Source of the DNA: Eremomyces bilateralis CBS 781.70
Lineage: Eukaryota
Length of the DNA: 64,000 bases
Strand: one strand, 5' to 3'
Assembly (NCBI GenBank): GCA_010015585.1
Contig: ML975155.1
Position 1 is the stretch's first letter. Every line of letters starts with the position of its first letter. Below the pieces are notes generated by a model. That model had not been told where the DNA came from. It saw only the letters and a list, made by a program, of their open reading frames with translations, and made no database searches. This document shows positions 60,458 through 64,000 of the stretch, in pieces. The translations under genes and the position numbers were made by a program.

Positions 60458-62334
60458 TTAGAACATGCCACCACCACCCATGCCGCCCATTCCGCCCATG
60501 CCTCCACCCATACCGCCGGCAGGGGGACCCTTCTCCTCGGGAGCCTCCACAATCGCGACTTCAGTAGTTCCCAGTAATGATGCAACGCCGCTAGCATCCA
60601 CCAGGGCAGTCCGGACAACCTTGAACGGGTCAAGGATACCAGCCGAGATCATGTCAACGTACTCGCCCTTCGAGCTGTCGTAGCCCTTGTTGAAATCCTT
60701 GGCATACTCATCCATGAGCTTGCCAACGACGACGCTGCCCTCGTCACCGGCATTGTCCACAATGGTTCGGGCGGGCTTGACGATGGCGCGCCTCACGATG
60801 TTGACACCCAGCTGTTGGTCGAAGTTGACAGTCTTGATGTCGTTCAGGGCGTTCGCGGCAGCCTTGAGCAGACCAGTGCCACCACCCGGGAGGATCCCCT
60901 CCTCAACGGCGGCGCGGGTTGCGTTCAGAGCATCAACGATTCGGTCCTTCTTCTCGCCGACCTCAACCTCAGATGAGCCACCGACCTTGATGACAGCGAC
61001 ACCGCCGGAAAGCTTGGCAAGGCGCTCCTGGAGCTTCTCCTTCTCGTACTCGGAGGTGGTTGGGTCACTCATGACGCCACGGATTTGTTCGCATCGCTGG
61101 GTAACCGAGTCCTTGCTGCCTTCACCGTTCAGAATGACGGTATCCTCCTTGGTGATCGTGATGGATCCAGTAGATCCGAGCATATCGGGAGTGGCCTTCT
61201 CCAGTTTGATGTCGAGCTCATCTGTGAAGACGGTACCGTTGGTGAGGACGGCAATGTCACCCAAGATAGACTTGCGGTTATCACCGAAGCCAGGAGCCTT
61301 GACGGCAGCGACCTGGAGTTGTCCGCGCAGCTTGTTGAGAATGCACACGGCCAGAGCCTCACCATCAATATCTTCAGCGATGATGATCAATGGTCGCCTC
61401 AGAGTTTGGGAAGCCTCGAGGGCGGGGATGATGTCCTGAACCGCGGAGATCTTCTTCTCGGACAGCAGGATGAGCGGCTTCTCAAACTCAATCTTCTGGG
61501 ACTTGGTGTCGGTGATGAAGTAGGGTGAGATGAATCCGCGATCGAACTTCATACCCTCGGTGACCTCCAGCTCGTCGTCGATGGTCTTGCCCTCCTTCAC
61601 CGTAATGACACCTTCCTTGCCAACCTTCTCCATCGCACTCGACAGGAGCTTGCCAATGTGAACGTCTCCATTCGCCGAGATGGTGGCAACCTGGGAGATC
61701 TCTTCGCTGGTCGTGATATCGCGCTTGTTCTTCCGGAGGTATTCAACCACAGCGTCCACAGCGGCCTGGGCACCCCGTCTCAGGTCCATGGGGTTGCAGC
61801 CGGAAGCCACGTTCTTGACCATCTCGGTGAAGATCGCGCGAGCCAGCACGGTGGCAGTGGTAGTACCGTCACCGGCAACTTCATTGGTCTTGGAGGCGAC
61901 ATCTTGGAGGAGTCGTGCACCGAGGTTCTCGAATTTGTCTTGCAGAGTCACTGCCTTTGCGACCGTTACACCATCTAGAATCGTTGCGTTAGATCGGGTC
62001 CAACGAGGGCATCAATGTATTCATTACCTTTAGTGATTTTTGGCGATCCGTAGCTTGACTCGATCAAGACATTGCGGCCCTTGGGGCCCAGGGTTGTGGC
62101 AACGGCTTTTGCGAGGGTGTCGACACCCTTCAGGAGGGCTGCTCGACCTTCAACGCCGAACTTGAGCTCCTATTGATGCCGGTTAGCTGGTTATCATGTA
62201 CCAAGCCATCTCGATTGAAAGGCGCGTACCTTGTGAGCAAACCGCTGCTGCTGCAGGCTGAAGCCTGATGGCTTCATGCGAGAAGCGGAGGAAAGAGCCG
62301 AAGCCCGCGTTCTTGCCGCGAATGCCCGCTGCAT
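60458..62334 (-). CDS. HSP60: Mitochondrial chaperonin Hsp60, 2 introns
   Basis: Presequence [10 protein letters not shown]...[28 protein letters not shown] tail. Confidence 0.97.
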
Positions 62335-62500
62335 CGTGATGGATTGATCGAGATTTGGTCTGACAAAGACGAGTTCAGTGTTCAAGGATGCTCCGAAACT
62401 CCGACCAGCTGCTGAATCCCCAAGAATGAAAAGATGGAAAAGTGTAGAGAGGTGTTGCTAGGTGAAGGGAAGAATTGCTGATGGGGAAGTTTTCGATTCT

Positions 62501-62513
62501 TTCGAGAATCTTC
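62501..62513. promoter_or_regulatory. Heat shock element (3 perfect inverted nGAAn units)
   Basis: TTCgaGAAtcTTC about 170 bp upstream of HSP60 ATG. Confidence 0.65.
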
Positions 62514-62718
62514 AGTTATAGCGCACGGACCACCGCCGGTCTGGAAATTCTCGCGCTTCAACCGAAGCCACCGGATGAACCGATGAGCTTCCTGTAACCC
62601 GGCATGTGCACCATGATGAAATACAGATGTGGGCTGGATTTGACAGAATGAGTGCGGAGTAACGTATTAGTCCAATCATCGCACTTTCGCTCCCAGTCCG
62701 CGCACAACGAAGCATACA

Positions 62719-63252
62719 ATGGCTCGCAGCAGTCCAAACATTATTATCACCGGCACGCCGGGCGTCGGGAAGTCCACCCATTGCGAACAACTAGCGGAAG
62801 CTACAGGGCTCAAACATATGTCCATCAATCAAATCGTCAAGGACCGAAACTGCGCCGAAGGCTTTGATGACGAATTGAAGAGCTGGATCGTAGACGAGGA
62901 CAAGCTGTTGGACGCCATTGAAGACGAGGTTAAAGACGGGGGATATATCATTGACTGGCACGCTTGTGATATCTTTCCTGAGAGCTGGATTGATCTGGTG
63001 GTTGTTCTTCGCTGCGACACCGCGGTACTCTATGATCGCTTAAGCGGTCGAAAGTACAGCCCCAAGAAGCTAGAGGAGAACATGGACGCGGAGATTATGC
63101 AGGTGCTCCTGGACGAGGCGAGAGAAGGATTTGCCGAGGAGATCGTGGTGGAGCTACAGAGCAATACCATCGAGGATGTCGACACCAATGTGGAACGTAT
63201 TAAGACATGGGTTGAGAATTGGACACGAGATACTGCTCCGGCAACAAGTTGA
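62719..63252 (+). CDS. FAP7: Adenylate kinase 6 / Fap7
   Basis: NIIITGTPGVGKST, IIDWH, LYDRL, ENMDAEIMQV. Confidence 0.95.
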   Translation: MARSSPNIIITGTPGVGKSTHCEQLAEATGLKHMSINQIVKDRNCAEGFDDELKSWIVDEDKLLDAIEDEVKDGGYIIDWHACDIFPESWIDLVVVLRCDTAVLYDRLSGRKYSPKKLEENMDAEIMQVLLDEAREGFAEEIVVELQSNTIEDVDTNVERIKTWVENWTRDTAPATS

Positions 63253-63371
63253 AAGTGGCACCAGAAAGTACTGTACTGTGCAAGCTCTATATCTCGTGTA
63301 CAGGCGCATTCAGGTATGGTAAGCCAGATCCGTTCCATCTTTACCGGAACCGCCGTTACTGACTCATAAGT

Positions 63372-64000
63372 TCAGACTTGCTCCTTCAACCACTCCTGAA
63401 GCTTCTCTAAAGCCTTCCCACGGTGGGAGACCTTGTTCTTCTCCGACTTCTCCATCTCCGCATACGTCTGACCCTCATACTCAAATGACGAATCCCATCC
63501 TACGAACATCAGTCGACCTTCATCCACGCAGCTGGAGTGAGAAACATACCGAACACAGTGGGACCACGGGATGGTACGATCTTGCCCTGCTCATGGTCAG
63601 CATAGCACAAGCCAAGGAATTAGGGAACATACATCGGTTCTGCCTTGGAAGATAATTGGATCATGGCCCGGGCCCTCGCAATATGCGAAGGTACAAATGG
63701 CTTGAGCGGACTTATCCTCGAAGCCTGCAAGCAGCTTATGGAGGTCCTGTACACCGAGATTGAGCATGAACCATTTTCTGGAGCTGTCAGTGGTCAAGGA
63801 ATGGAGACGGGGGGTTGTAAACGGACATATATGGTCCTGGCAGGCCGTTGAAGGCATTAAAGGCCAAACATGTATCTTCCACAAGGACTGGTCCTCGAAC
63901 CTAATCGAGAGTAGTCAGCGTTCTGATTCCTTCCATCCATATCCACTAGATAATGTACTGTATCAGCTGCTCGTTTGCACTTATCCAGCGTAACTTCTTC
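63372..64000 (-). CDS. HAM1: Inosine triphosphate pyrophosphatase, 5'-truncated by window edge, multi-exon
   Basis: [43 protein letters not shown]. Confidence 0.92.

Noticed and set aside
60687..61439. 250-aa antisense ORF over HSP60 (similar shadows over YPK9 and ZWF1)
   Set aside because: Expected by-product of codon bias in the sense genes.
1..64000. tRNA, rRNA, snoRNA or CRISPR arrays
   Set aside because: No cloverleaf, rRNA signature, convincing box C/D pair or repeat-spacer array seen by eye; small ncRNAs cannot be excluded without Infernal/tRNAscan.

Overview
Eukaryotic DNA from a filamentous ascomycete (Pezizomycotina-type genes, short introns with CTAAC/CTGAC branch points). The window has two zones. 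Bases 1-~16.9 kb are an accessory/mobile zone. It opens with the right part of a DNA transposon carrying a DUF6589-type DDE transposase and a convergent, intact RecQ-like SF2 helicase, the architecture of AcademH elements. This element appears nested in an LTR fragment, which abuts a Fot1/pogo transposase remnant. Next come a secreted DJ-1/PfpI gene, an alkenal reductase with PTS1, two pseudogenes and a DUF4360 secreted protein. Bases ~17-64 kb are a dense housekeeping block: YPK9, RPL33, ZWF1, HIS3, RPC19, NDUFA6, BUD31, ferric reductase, CENP-A, ALE1, CWC27, ALG7, SEH1, a SET protein, GET5, COF1, HSP60, FAP7 and HAM1. Interspersed are three divergent Myb/SANT-like genes and an orphan membrane protein. 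No tRNA, rRNA or CRISPR was recognised. All family calls come from motif recognition by eye; no searches were run.
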